Position numbers and translations under genes: made by a program | Notes under the pieces: generated by a model | The model's input: the letters and a program-made list of their open reading frames with translations, nothing else | The model's database searches: none | What the model was told of the DNA's origin: nothing | Source: Gemmatimonadota bacterium | Lineage (GTDB): Bacteria; Gemmatimonadota; Gemmatimonadetes; Gemmatimonadales; GWC2-71-9 | Assembly (NCBI GenBank): GCA_039588295.1 | Contig: JBDHAB010000001.1 | Coordinates: 32,001-96,000 of the forward strand | Length of the DNA stretch: 64,000 nt | Direction of reading: 5' to 3' | Shown: positions 37,911-47,223 of the stretch, piece by piece | Layout: the number at the start of each line of letters is the position of its first letter | Numbering within the stretch: the stretch's first letter is position 1

Positions 37911-38801
37911 TCACTCGCTGTCCGGCCTCTCGGCGCCTCCCCGCTCGAGGGCTCGTCGCTCGGTTTGGTGGAGGGCGAGCTCGGACGAGGTATCAAGCGC
38001 CCGACACGCGGCGCGGTAGCCTTCCTCCACATAGCCGACGACCTTGTCCACCGCGAACGTGGCTTCCTGCTCAACCTGAGGCTCGACGAGTACGAGTGGG
38101 ATCGGACCATCGCGCCACCGTGCGATGGTGGCGTCCGTCTGTGCCGCCATCAGGATGCGCATGGCGCTGTTGTGCGCGCGTATCAGTGGCGGTGCCCACG
38201 AGGAGCGCTCGGGCGGCTCCGCACTGAACGTGGGACCCACCCGCACCGCAAACAGGAGATCCGGGTCGAACACCGCGGCCACATCCAAGGGCAGCACCGC
38301 GCGCAGCCCTCCGTCTGCGTACGAGCGGCCTGCTATCTCCACCGGTGGGAAGTACAGTGGCAGCGAGCACGACGCCAGCAGTGCATCGAGAAGCGGCGTG
38401 CGCCGTCCACCGGCACCGAACAGCACGAGCTCACCCGTCCCCACGTCGACCGCCGTCACCGTGAGTGGGGTTTCGAGTTCGGAGAAGGCCCGGGCCGGAA
38501 CAAGCGTCGCGATGGTCTCGCGGAACCGCTCGGCGGACAGAAAGCTCTTGGCCAGGGGTCCCAGCAACAGCGTTGGCGAGGGCTTCGCCACGTGGCCCCT
38601 GGAAATCGAGAGGATTCGCTTGAGGACCTCGTCGTAGCCCAACCCGCAGGCGAAGCACGCCCCAACCACCGCTCCCATGGACGTGGCTACATAGTGCGTG
38701 GCAGTGAGCCGTCGCTCGTCCAGCGCCCGCAGCGCTCCAATGTGAGCAGCCGCTTTGGCGCCACCACCGCTCAACACGCCGACGACATGAGACGGCCGCA
38801 T
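37911..38801 (-). CDS. Patatin-like phospholipase
   Basis: LSGGGAK, ATSMG nucleophile elbow, ADGG. Confidence 0.9.
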   Translation of the reverse strand: MRPSHVVGVLSGGGAKAAAHIGALRALDERRLTATHYVATSMGAVVGACFACGLGYDEVLKRILSISRGHVAKPSPTLLLGPLAKSFLSAERFRETIATLVPARAFSELETPLTVTAVDVGTGELVLFGAGGRRTPLLDALLASCSLPLYFPPVEIAGRSYADGGLRAVLPLDVAAVFDPDLLFAVRVGPTFSAEPPERSSWAPPLIRAHNSAMRILMAAQTDATIARWRDGPIPLVLVEPQVEQEATFAVDKVVGYVEEGYRAACRALDTSSELALHQTERRALERGGAERPDSE

Positions 38802-39290
38802 CTACTGCTGCCCCCCCAGATGGCGCTTGCGAAGCTCGCGTCGAGCCTTGGCCTCCGCATGGCGTCGCTTCTCTTCTGCAGTCTCGGGGATGACCGGAGC
38901 AACGGCCCGTGGCCGCTCATGCTCGTCGATCGCAACAAAGGTGACATAGCACGTGTTGGTATGCCGCCGCTTCCCCGACGCAATCTGCTCGGCCTCTATG
39001 CGTACGCCCACCTCCATCGAGGTCCGTCCCACATAGTTGACGCTCGCCTGCGCAATCACCAACTCACCGACATGGATCGGCTCGCGGAAGTTCACCTGGT
39101 CGACGGACACCGTGACGCAGGGACCACCGGCATGCCGGATCGCCGCCACCGCCGCCACACGGTCCACAAGCGACAGAATGACGCCGCCGAATACGTTCCC
39201 GAGGACGTTCGCCATATGCGGCATCATCAGCTCGGTCATCGTGGTCTGCGAAGCCGCAACAGTGCTGGGGGTCAGGTCGTGGCCACTCAT
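38802..39290 (-). CDS. Hotdog acyl-CoA thioesterase (YciA-like)
   Basis: NVLGNVFGG, VNYVGRTSMEVGV, TFVAID. Confidence 0.92.
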   Translation of the reverse strand: MSGHDLTPSTVAASQTTMTELMMPHMANVLGNVFGGVILSLVDRVAAVAAIRHAGGPCVTVSVDQVNFREPIHVGELVIAQASVNYVGRTSMEVGVRIEAEQIASGKRRHTNTCYVTFVAIDEHERPRAVAPVIPETAEEKRRHAEAKARRELRKRHLGGQQ

Positions 39291-39396
39291 GTCGAGAAGG
39301 GAAGGGATAAACGATACGGGATATGAAACAAGGGGTAGGGGCGGTGGATGGTCCCTCTTGTCCTCCCGCTCTTACCCCCTTTCTCACTCACACCCG

Positions 39397-41205
39397 TTAG
39401 TAATCCACGGGCCGCAGATAACTCTCCCCGATCGCCGTGCTGCTCACCATGGCCACGGTCGGGAGCCGGCGCTTCCAGTGCGTGGAATGCAGCCTGCGGC
39501 TCACCAACTCCACTTCCTGTTTCGCGAATCCGTGGGAGACAATCCACTCCGGCTTCAGGCCGCGTAACAACCAGTGCAAGATCCGGTCGGCCTTCTCGTA
39601 GGAAATGCCGAGGTCGCTCTCGTCGGTCTGCCCTTGCACCAGATCGGCACTCGCTGGCTTGGTGACGATCACATCGGGGATCTCAAGGTGGCGGGCGAGT
39701 CGCATCACTTGTGTTTTGAATAGATCCCCGAGCGGGTTGACGGGCGGCGAGTCGTCGGCATGCCACGTGAAGTAGCCCATCAGCCGCTCGGTCTTGTTCC
39801 CGGTGCCCAGCGGCAGGGCACGGTACTTGGCCGAGAGGTCGAACAACGTGATCATGCGCATGCGGGCCATCACGTTGCCGCGCCGAGTTGGGTCGGCGCT
39901 CTCGTCAGCCGCACCGATGTAGCCATCCACTGCTCCGCTGATATCCACCGTAAGCAGCTCGACACCCAAGTGCGACGTCAGGAGCTCGGCGTGCTTCAAG
40001 CTCTCTGGACTCGAGGTTCGATATGGCATTCGTACCCCGATCACGTTCTCCGGCCCGAGCGCTCTTGCTGCAATGGCCGCTGTGACGGAGCTGTCCACCC
40101 CACCAGAGATGCCGACGACCCCTTTTGTGAATCCGCGACGCCGGATCACTTCATCTCGCAGGAAGGCGACGAGCCAACACTCGGTGAGTGCCGGATCGAT
40201 GTCCATGGGATCCACACCAGACGACGGCTTCAGGATGACATGGGACGTGGCCAATGGCGGCTCACTCGGGGCACCATCATCTGCTGCGGCAGCGTATTCG
40301 GCGGGACCGCCGCGGTCACTCTTCCTCGACTCGAGAAGATTCAGGAACTGGGTCTCCAAGTCGGCAAGGAGTGGCTGCTCGAAGCGTGCGCGTGTGATCT
40401 CATCATGATCGAGCTCGGCGGCGAGCAGCGATTCCTCGAACAGCGGTGCCCGCACCATAATCTCGCCGTGCGGGTCGACCACCATCGAGCTCCCCTGGAG
40501 TCCCTTGCCACCCTCGAACCCCGCCAGCTGCGCCAGCACGACGTAGAGCCCGTGCTCTCCGGCGATCTGTCTACCCAAGACCTCCCAGCGTCGGACGCTC
40601 GCCGGCCTCCGTTCGGTATCGTCCTCGCATTCCGGGTCGGGCGCGATCCCACGCGCCGGCGACGCGCTGGGAACAATGAGTAGCTGGGCGCCGTCGAGCG
40701 CCGCGAGCGTCGGCACGATCGAGTGCCACGCATCTTCGCACACGGCCAGTGCCGCGCGCCCCCACCGCGTCTCAAACGCTCTAATCGAACGGCCGTGCTC
40801 CACAAAGCGTTCTTCATCGAACAGGCCGTACGTCGGTAGAAACACCTTGCGGTGTACGTGCCGGATGCTCGGCTCTGCGCCGCCGAACGACGCATAGAGC
40901 GCCGCGTTGTAGTAGCGGTTGCGGAACTCCTCGTAGAAGCCGATGGCTGCATCCATCGGGGGCGCCGCAGCAAGTGCGTGCTGCGCCGCCAGGTCGCGGA
41001 ACAGCGTCCCGGCGGTAACGGCAAGCTCCCGAACGCCGCCCTCCAGGAAATACCCTGTCAGTGCCGACTCCGGGAATACGACGAGGTCGGGTGGCGCCTC
41101 CATTGCCCCCGCCTGAGCGAACACCCCACCCACCCGTCTCAAGTTTTCGGCATAGTCACCCTTCTTGGGGCGGAGCTGGGCAACCAGGAGGCGGAGCTTC
41201 TTCAT
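39397..41205 (-). CDS. nadE: Glutamine-dependent NAD+ synthetase
   Basis: Nitrilase domain E-K-C (FPES, RKVFLP, VCED) plus SGGVDS, GTGNKTE; start set at MKKLRLL. Confidence 0.93.
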   Translation of the reverse strand: MKKLRLLVAQLRPKKGDYAENLRRVGGVFAQAGAMEAPPDLVVFPESALTGYFLEGGVRELAVTAGTLFRDLAAQHALAAAPPMDAAIGFYEEFRNRYYNAALYASFGGAEPSIRHVHRKVFLPTYGLFDEERFVEHGRSIRAFETRWGRAALAVCEDAWHSIVPTLAALDGAQLLIVPSASPARGIAPDPECEDDTERRPASVRRWEVLGRQIAGEHGLYVVLAQLAGFEGGKGLQGSSMVVDPHGEIMVRAPLFEESLLAAELDHDEITRARFEQPLLADLETQFLNLLESRKSDRGGPAEYAAAADDGAPSEPPLATSHVILKPSSGVDPMDIDPALTECWLVAFLRDEVIRRRGFTKGVVGISGGVDSSVTAAIAARALGPENVIGVRMPYRTSSPESLKHAELLTSHLGVELLTVDISGAVDGYIGAADESADPTRRGNVMARMRMITLFDLSAKYRALPLGTGNKTERLMGYFTWHADDSPPVNPLGDLFKTQVMRLARHLEIPDVIVTKPASADLVQGQTDESDLGISYEKADRILHWLLRGLKPEWIVSHGFAKQEVELVSRRLHSTHWKRRLPTVAMVSSTAIGESYLRPVDY

Positions 41206-41258
41206 GGCAAGGAAGATAGGGGAGAATCCGTTGGGGCGGGAAGGCGCAGATGGGTGCC

Positions 41259-42098
41259 TTAGCGCGAACTCTTCGGCTGCCGGGCGGGCACGAACAGCCA
41301 CCGTCCCAGCTCCACCCGCCGATAGTCGGCAATCGCCTGCTGCGCCGCAGCATCCAGGAAGTAGTCCTGAAGCGCTGCGGCGCCCCGCTGGTTGAGCCAT
41401 GCGAACCGCGACGGATTCGGAACGAGAATGTGATACGGATTGGCCAGCTCCGCGTCACCGTCAACGAGAACGTCCAGCTCGAGCGAATGTTTGTGACTCA
41501 GCAGGGTGCCAATGTCGGTCAGCGTATACGCACCGAGTTCATTGGCAATCTGGAGCGTCGCGCTCATCCCTTGCCCCGACTCACGATACCACGCTCGCTC
41601 CGGGGTGACTCCCGCTGACTCCCACAGCCTGGTTTCTCTTGCGTGTGTCCCCGACCGGTCGGCACGCGAAACAAACAGCGCCCCCGTTGCAGCGATGCCA
41701 CCCATTGCGGCGAGAGCGGGCATAGCCCGTATACGAGCCGGATCCCACCGAGGGCCCACGAGGACGAACTCGTTCCGCATGACTGCCACCCGCCTCGGGG
41801 CGAACCCTTGCTCGACGAACTCCCGCTCGCCCGCCGGGTCGTGCACGATCAGAATGTCCGCCTCCCCGCGCCGTCCCAGTTCCATTGCCTGCCCGCTGCC
41901 GACTGCGACCACCTTGACACGATATCCCGTCATACGCTCGAAGGGCGGCAAGAGCATATCGAGCAACCCGGCATCACGCACCGACGTCGTCGTGGCCAAC
42001 ACGATTTCCGAATCCGCCGGAGCCTGTGCGAGGACGGACCGACCCGCAACTGCAAGAGCCAGGACAACAACCGCCCATCGGCTGGGGTTAGGCTTCAG
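41259..42098 (-). CDS. Tungstate/molybdate-binding protein, TupA-like (start uncertain)
   Basis: LATTTSVRDAGLL, AVGSGQAM, FVSRADRSGTH, GQGMSATL, LANPYH; no canonical start near the signal peptide. Confidence 0.8.
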   Translation of the reverse strand: MKPNPSRWAVVVLALAVAGRSVLAQAPADSEIVLATTTSVRDAGLLDMLLPPFERMTGYRVKVVAVGSGQAMELGRRGEADILIVHDPAGEREFVEQGFAPRRVAVMRNEFVLVGPRWDPARIRAMPALAAMGGIAATGALFVSRADRSGTHARETRLWESAGVTPERAWYRESGQGMSATLQIANELGAYTLTDIGTLLSHKHSLELDVLVDGDAELANPYHILVPNPSRFAWLNQRGAAALQDYFLDAAAQQAIADYRRVELGRWLFVPARQPKSSR

Positions 42099-42916
42099 AA
42101 GAGCTCCCCCTGCTCCCTCAACGAGTCGGGAGATACCGCCTCCTGTCCGACGAGCTGCTGCATTTCGCGCACGCTGTGTGGCGCGTGTCCCTCGTAATAG
42201 TTGTTGAAGTATCCGTAGATGCTCGTGACTCGAGTTTGGAGCGTCGCGAAGATCTGCGACCATGCTTTGAAGTCCTCGTCTCGATCGAGTTGCGGACGAG
42301 AGAAGTCGGCAAGCCGCCGGTCCTTTCCCAGCCAGCGGACGTAAGCGAAATCGGCCGTAGGCTCAAGCGCGAGATCCGCCATCACCTCCAGTCGGAGCCA
42401 GCGCCCGTCTACCAGTACGAGTGAGACGTTTCGAGATTTGAGGAGTTCGTAGGTGGCCGGCGTCATCCAACCGGGATCGCGGAACTCGACAGCCCATCGA
42501 AATCCTGTCGGCAGCGTTCCGAGAAACTCGCGCAGCGCGGTGCGATTGGCATCCGTAGTGCGGAAGCCGGGAGCCAGTTGCACGAGAATCGGCCCGAGGC
42601 GGTCCTCCAACTGTTCCACGCGGTCAAGAAAGCGCCGCAATAGTGTCTGCGAGTCTTTGAGGCGTCGCTCGTGGGTGATCTCCTGTGGCACCTTGAGGGA
42701 AAACACGAACCCCTCGGGAACGCGGGCGCGCCAGTTCCGCACGATCGGGTCCGCTGGAATCGCATACGCAGTGGAGTCCACCTCGACCGTCGAAAAGGCA
42801 CGCGCGTACACCTCGAGCATACCGGCAGGTTTCGTTCCTATCGGGTAGAACTCGCCGACCCAGGAACCGTAGTTCCATCCTTGTGTTCCAAGGCGGATCT
42901 CGACCTTATCCAACAC
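42095..42916 (-). CDS. DUF72 (YecE-like) protein
   Basis: IRLGTQGWNY, VEVDSTAY, KVPQEITH, AVEFR, YFNNYYEGHAP. Confidence 0.9.
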   Translation of the reverse strand: MLDKVEIRLGTQGWNYGSWVGEFYPIGTKPAGMLEVYARAFSTVEVDSTAYAIPADPIVRNWRARVPEGFVFSLKVPQEITHERRLKDSQTLLRRFLDRVEQLEDRLGPILVQLAPGFRTTDANRTALREFLGTLPTGFRWAVEFRDPGWMTPATYELLKSRNVSLVLVDGRWLRLEVMADLALEPTADFAYVRWLGKDRRLADFSRPQLDRDEDFKAWSQIFATLQTRVTSIYGYFNNYYEGHAPHSVREMQQLVGQEAVSPDSLREQGELF

Positions 42917-42920
42917 GGCG

Positions 42921-43319
42921 CTACCCGGCTCGCCGGTGCCAGTACATCCTGAGCTCGGAGATCTTGCCCTCGTCGGTCTCGCAGAAAATGGTGCCGCGCA
43001 CATCCACAGGTTCACCGGTACGGCGGCGGCGGAATGTGCATCTGAATTCGGTGGCGAACCACGGCCCCGCTACGAATATCTCCCCGTACCGGAAGGAGAT
43101 ATTCGACTGCTCGAGTGGTACGTCCGTCCAGTAGCGTTCGATGTCCGTCAGACCCGTGATTGGCTCAGCGAAGGGGTCGGGCACGAACACCGCGTCGTCC
43201 GTGAAGATTTCGGTGATGAGCTTGGAGCTGCCCTTCTCCCAGCCATGGCCGAACCGCTCAACGAGCTCGGCGTACGTGGAGCGCAACGCTTTCCAATTGT
43301 CCGCTGGTGTGGTGATCAC
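42921..43319 (-). CDS. NTF2/SnoaL-like protein
   Basis: FTDDAVFVPDPF...GKISELRMYW; start uncertain. Confidence 0.75.
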   Translation of the reverse strand: MITTPADNWKALRSTYAELVERFGHGWEKGSSKLITEIFTDDAVFVPDPFAEPITGLTDIERYWTDVPLEQSNISFRYGEIFVAGPWFATEFRCTFRRRRTGEPVDVRGTIFCETDEGKISELRMYWHRRAG

Positions 43320-43511
43320 AGATGACCTTGGCACTTCGCCCGAGACGACTTCAAGCTTAGGGCGAGAGCGGTGTGGACGCCAGAGAGGGGGCTGAGTGAC
43401 AGGCGGTAGGTGAAACGGCTGATGCACCGGGCCACCACCTCACCCGCGTTCTGGGCCCAACCACGACCTAACACCTACCACCTATCACCCACAACCTTCT
43501 AGACTTCCCCC

Positions 43512-44450
43512 ATGCCCGCTGCCCTTCCTGTCATCATTGATACCGATCCGGGCATTGATGACGTCGTAGCCCTGGCGCTGGCGGCGCGGTCACCGGAACT
43601 CGAGATCCTAGCCGTGACCACGACCTACGGTAACGCCACCCTTGCCGACACGACCCGTAACGCTGCCACGCTCCTGCACCTCGTCGGCAGGCCGGAGATC
43701 GCCGTCCGGCCCGGGTCCGACCGTCCACTCACCCGGCCGCTGGTGACTGCCCCTGAGACACACGGCCCTTCGGGCGTGGGCTACGCCGAGGTCCCGGCGA
43801 CGACGGCGGTCGCGTCCAACCCACACGTGCTCCTCGAAGTGCTCGCCGAAATCGGTACGCCCGCTGTGCTCATCACGCTGGGTCCCCTGACCAACCTCGC
43901 CCATGCACTGGCAAGCGATCCTGAGCTCGTTCATCGTTCTGTCGCGCGCCACATCGGGATGTTCGGGAACATCCACGAACGAGGCAACACGAACCGCTGG
44001 GCCGATTTCAATGCGTGGTGTGATCCCGAGGCCGCGGACCGGGTCATCCACGACCCGCTGGAAACGGCGATGGTCGGGCTGGACGTCACACGGAAGATGA
44101 CGTTTTCAGCACCAGAGGTCGGCCGGTTCGTGCGTTCCGGCGATCCGCTCATCGCGTGGCTCGGAAGAGCGCTCGAGTTCTACGTCGAGTTCCACCGTAA
44201 CCAGGAGCGACTGGACGGCTGCGTCGTCAACGACGTGCTCCCAATCGGTGAGCTGATCGTTCCGCACTTGCTCACCCTGGCGGAACTGCCGCTCGTGATT
44301 GACCTTGGTGATGACGAACATCGGGGTCACACTCGGGAGCACTCGGGAGGGACCCAGACCCGCGTGGCACTCGAGGTAGACACCGCCCGGATGCGGAGTC
44401 TGCTCGCACGCGTGTTTGGGCAGTCGGATGAGGTGAGAGCAGGCGGATGA
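43512..44450 (+). CDS. Inosine/uridine-preferring nucleoside hydrolase
   Basis: DTDPGIDD, LGPLTNLA, DFNAWCDPEAA, GLDVT. Confidence 0.92.
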   Translation: MPAALPVIIDTDPGIDDVVALALAARSPELEILAVTTTYGNATLADTTRNAATLLHLVGRPEIAVRPGSDRPLTRPLVTAPETHGPSGVGYAEVPATTAVASNPHVLLEVLAEIGTPAVLITLGPLTNLAHALASDPELVHRSVARHIGMFGNIHERGNTNRWADFNAWCDPEAADRVIHDPLETAMVGLDVTRKMTFSAPEVGRFVRSGDPLIAWLGRALEFYVEFHRNQERLDGCVVNDVLPIGELIVPHLLTLAELPLVIDLGDDEHRGHTREHSGGTQTRVALEVDTARMRSLLARVFGQSDEVRAGG

Positions 44451-44499
44451 GGACCAACACCATGGGGTGCGGGATGGCCAGCCCATTCGGGAGGGTTTG

Positions 44500-45456
44500 A
44501 TGACAGCGGCACAGGTGCGCGTGGCAATAGTGGGGACGGGGGATGTCGGGCGCGGCTGGGCGGCGATGTGTGTGGCCGCCGGATGGCCTGTCTCCCTATT
44601 CGATTCTGAAGGCGCCGCCCTCACGAACGCGACGCAGGAGATTGCGGCGCGGGCACAGGCGCTCGTTCAGATGGACCGTGCAGATGCAGCGGACCTCCGA
44701 TCCGGACTGGACCAGCTCATGGTCGGCCGGAGCATCCTCGAAGCCTGTCGCGAGGCACAATGGGTGATCGAAGCGGGGCCCGAAGACCTCCGCACCAAGC
44801 AGAAGATGTTCGAGGCGATCGAGTCGGTTGCGCGCAGCGTCCGCGTCATCACCAGCTCCTCGAGCGGTTTCACGATGGCGGACATCGCCTCGCGTTGTGT
44901 ACGTCAGAACCGCTGCATGATCGCGCACCCGCTGAACCCACCCGAATTGATCCCGTTGGTGGAAGTCGTTCCGGGCCCGATGACGGATCATGCCCTACTC
45001 GAGGTGGTGAAGGGGTGGCTCCACGCGTTGGGCCGCATACCGGTGGAGATCAAGAAACCGGTGCCGGGCAATGTGGTGAACCGCATCGCGGCTGCCGTGT
45101 GGCGCGAGGCGATTGACCTGGTACTCGAAGGCGTCATCGATGTCGACGACCTCGACCGGGCCGTGTCCGTCGGACCTGCACTGGGGTGGGCAGCGGCCGG
45201 CCCACACCTGACCTACCATCTGGCTGCCGGAGAGCGGGGCGTCACCGGTTTCCTGCAGCAGCTGCTCAAGACGTTTGAGATGATCTGGGAAGAACTCCCG
45301 ACATGGACCAAGCTCGAGCCGGAGCAGCAGCGTCGATTGATCCATCTGGTCGAACGGGCATACGATGAGAAGGTCGACCGGATCCGCCCCGCGCGGGACC
45401 GCAGGCTCGCAGCCATGCTGAAAGGGCTCGAGCAAGCACGGGGGGAGAGGAGATGA
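44500..45456 (+). CDS. 3-hydroxyacyl-CoA dehydrogenase family (carnitine dehydrogenase/lambda-crystallin-like)
   Basis: GTGDVGRGW, SSSSG, HPLNPPELIPLVEVV, NRIAAAVWREA. Confidence 0.88.
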   Translation: MTAAQVRVAIVGTGDVGRGWAAMCVAAGWPVSLFDSEGAALTNATQEIAARAQALVQMDRADAADLRSGLDQLMVGRSILEACREAQWVIEAGPEDLRTKQKMFEAIESVARSVRVITSSSSGFTMADIASRCVRQNRCMIAHPLNPPELIPLVEVVPGPMTDHALLEVVKGWLHALGRIPVEIKKPVPGNVVNRIAAAVWREAIDLVLEGVIDVDDLDRAVSVGPALGWAAAGPHLTYHLAAGERGVTGFLQQLLKTFEMIWEELPTWTKLEPEQQRRLIHLVERAYDEKVDRIRPARDRRLAAMLKGLEQARGERR

Positions 45457-45515
45457 CAGGCAGGAGGTCGTAGGTTCGTCCGTACCACCCGGCACCTGTC
45501 ACTACCACCTAGCGC

Positions 45516-46217
45516 TTATCCCACCTCCTGGCCCCGAACCACGCACCCGAGCGACTCTGCCAGCTCGTGGCCGATCACCTGCTCGCGGGGCATGGCGCCC
45601 CTGAGGCGGATGGTCACAGGCCCGCGGAACGGTTGGCGAGCAACGACCTCAAACACCGCACCGAGTCTGAGCCCAAGCGAGGAGAGATATCGCAGCCGCT
45701 CGGAGTCACGGTCGCTCACCATCCGCAACTCCGCTGTCTCGCCCACCGCGACGTCCGCCAGCTGCGTGACCGCCGGCTCCTCGATCTCCCCTTCCTTCGT
45801 CGGGATCGGCCCACCGTGCGGGTCGAATTGGGGGTTCCCAAGTGCCATCGCCATCCGCTCGATCAGCTCATCCGACACTGCATGCTCGAGGCGTTCCGCT
45901 TCCTCATGCACGGAATCCCAGTCGTATCCGAGCTTCGACGAGAGGTAGGTCTCGAGGACGCGATGCCGCCGCACCATGCGGAGGGCGGTGCGTCGCCCGG
46001 TCCGAGTCAGCTGCACACCTCGATACGGTACGTGCTCGAGCAACCCTGACTCCGACAGCCGCTTGACCATCCCGCTCACGGATGGGGGCGCAACCTCGAG
46101 GGCTTCGGCAATCGCACTCGTCTGCGCGGGGCGCCCCTGCGCCTCAAGCTCATGGATGGCCTTGAGGTAGTCCTCTGTCGAACGACTCAGACCGGACCGA
46201 GGCGAGGCGGGACTCAC
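45516..46217 (-). CDS. DtxR/MntR family metal-dependent regulator with FeoA domain
   Basis: TEDYLKAI, RRHRVLETYL, VHEEAERLEH, DPHGGPIP. Confidence 0.93.
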   Translation of the reverse strand: MSPASPRSGLSRSTEDYLKAIHELEAQGRPAQTSAIAEALEVAPPSVSGMVKRLSESGLLEHVPYRGVQLTRTGRRTALRMVRRHRVLETYLSSKLGYDWDSVHEEAERLEHAVSDELIERMAMALGNPQFDPHGGPIPTKEGEIEEPAVTQLADVAVGETAELRMVSDRDSERLRYLSSLGLRLGAVFEVVARQPFRGPVTIRLRGAMPREQVIGHELAESLGCVVRGQEVG

Positions 46218-46262
46218 GGTGGCTTGCCCCCGGGTGGAGAGATTTGCAACGCTTGAAACTTA

Positions 46263-46308
46263 AAATTTATGCGTGCCTAAACTTACGGATTTGGTGCCGT
46301 CCCGGCAA
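46263..46308 (-). promoter_or_regulatory. Promoter TTGCCG-17-TAAGTT overlapped by a DtxR/MntR-type box
   Basis: Imperfect palindrome TTTATGCGTGCCTAAA at 46266-46281 resembling TTTAGG-N4-CCTAAA; overlaps the -10 box. Confidence 0.65.
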
Positions 46309-46323
46309 GGCTCGTGGGCCGAG

Positions 46324-46902
46324 CTAGCCGATTAACTCAAAGAAATGGCTCAAGATACGGTGCGTGATTCCCCAAATCACGTGCGGCCCCGCACGGTACG
46401 CCGGTCTGGTCAGCTCCACGCCCCGCACCGAGACGGCGACCTCGGCCAGGGTTCCTGGCAACTCGGTCAGCGGGGTCCAGATGTGCAGCGCCACTTCATG
46501 GCTCGGCGTCACCACAGACCGGGCCTGGAGCCAAAACACAAACGGGCGCACGACGATCGGTGGGAGTGTCGGTGTCATCGGCGCGAGATCGTCGAGCACG
46601 CCAATCAGCGCCTCGGTCGGCAGCACGACGCCTGTTTCCTCCTGCGTCTCACGTTGCGCCGTCACGAGCAGATCCGCATCGTCAGCCTCGCGTCGCCCGC
46701 CCGGAAAGGCCATCTGTCCCGACCAGGGATCTCCTTCTACTTCGGCGCGCTTGATGAGCAGCAGGTCGGCCTTTCCATCTGACCCCGAGGCCAACACGAT
46801 CGCAACAGCCGCCTGAATCTTGCCCGTCGTCTCTGCCTGACGCGGCTCGCGTGACGAGAGTCGATCGCGCAAGGTACTAAACGTGAGAGGCGTCACTGAC
46901 AA
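46324..46902 (-). CDS. Nudix hydrolase, CoA pyrophosphatase type
   Basis: WSGQMAFPGG, AQRETQEETG Nudix box, IWGIT. Confidence 0.9.
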   Translation of the reverse strand: MSVTPLTFSTLRDRLSSREPRQAETTGKIQAAVAIVLASGSDGKADLLLIKRAEVEGDPWSGQMAFPGGRREADDADLLVTAQRETQEETGVVLPTEALIGVLDDLAPMTPTLPPIVVRPFVFWLQARSVVTPSHEVALHIWTPLTELPGTLAEVAVSVRGVELTRPAYRAGPHVIWGITHRILSHFFELIG

Positions 46903-47039
46903 ACTCGTGCAACAGAACCGAAACTTGCATAGAGGGTAATACTCGTATGACGAGCATCAGAAGCACTTGCACCCCAGCCTATATTTGATGCGGCCGTGAC
47001 CGTGATGACGAGAATCGCAGCTCTCACCAGGAGGTAGGT

Positions 47040-47177
47040 ATCCGAAGCTTTGGAGTCGGACTCATTGCACTTGCCACCGTGGCCGCGGCGAGCTTGCTGC
47101 TGCGCCGTCGGCTGCTCCCAGCAACGGCCGGTCGACGGGAGAGTGTCATCGACGCCCTCTACGCCGCCGGCCTCTAA
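47040..47177 (+). CDS. Putative 45-aa single-TM small protein (non-canonical ATC start)
   Basis: AGGAGGT SD at 47029-47035; IRSFGVGLIALATVAAASLLLRRR...DALYAAGL; followed by a hairpin. Confidence 0.4.
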   Translation: MRSFGVGLIALATVAAASLLLRRRLLPATAGRRESVIDALYAAGL

Positions 47178-47186
47178 CCGATCTCG

Positions 47187-47210
47187 GACGGCCCCATCCA
47201 CGGGGCCGTC
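47187..47210. terminator. Hairpin terminator
   Basis: GACGGCCCC-atccac-GGGGCCGTC followed by TTGGTTT. Confidence 0.6.
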
Positions 47211-47223
47211 TTGGTTTCCGCCA

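Noticed and set aside
37746..39326. 526-aa plus-strand ORF
   Set aside because: Antisense shadow of the patatin and thioesterase genes; no recognisable motifs
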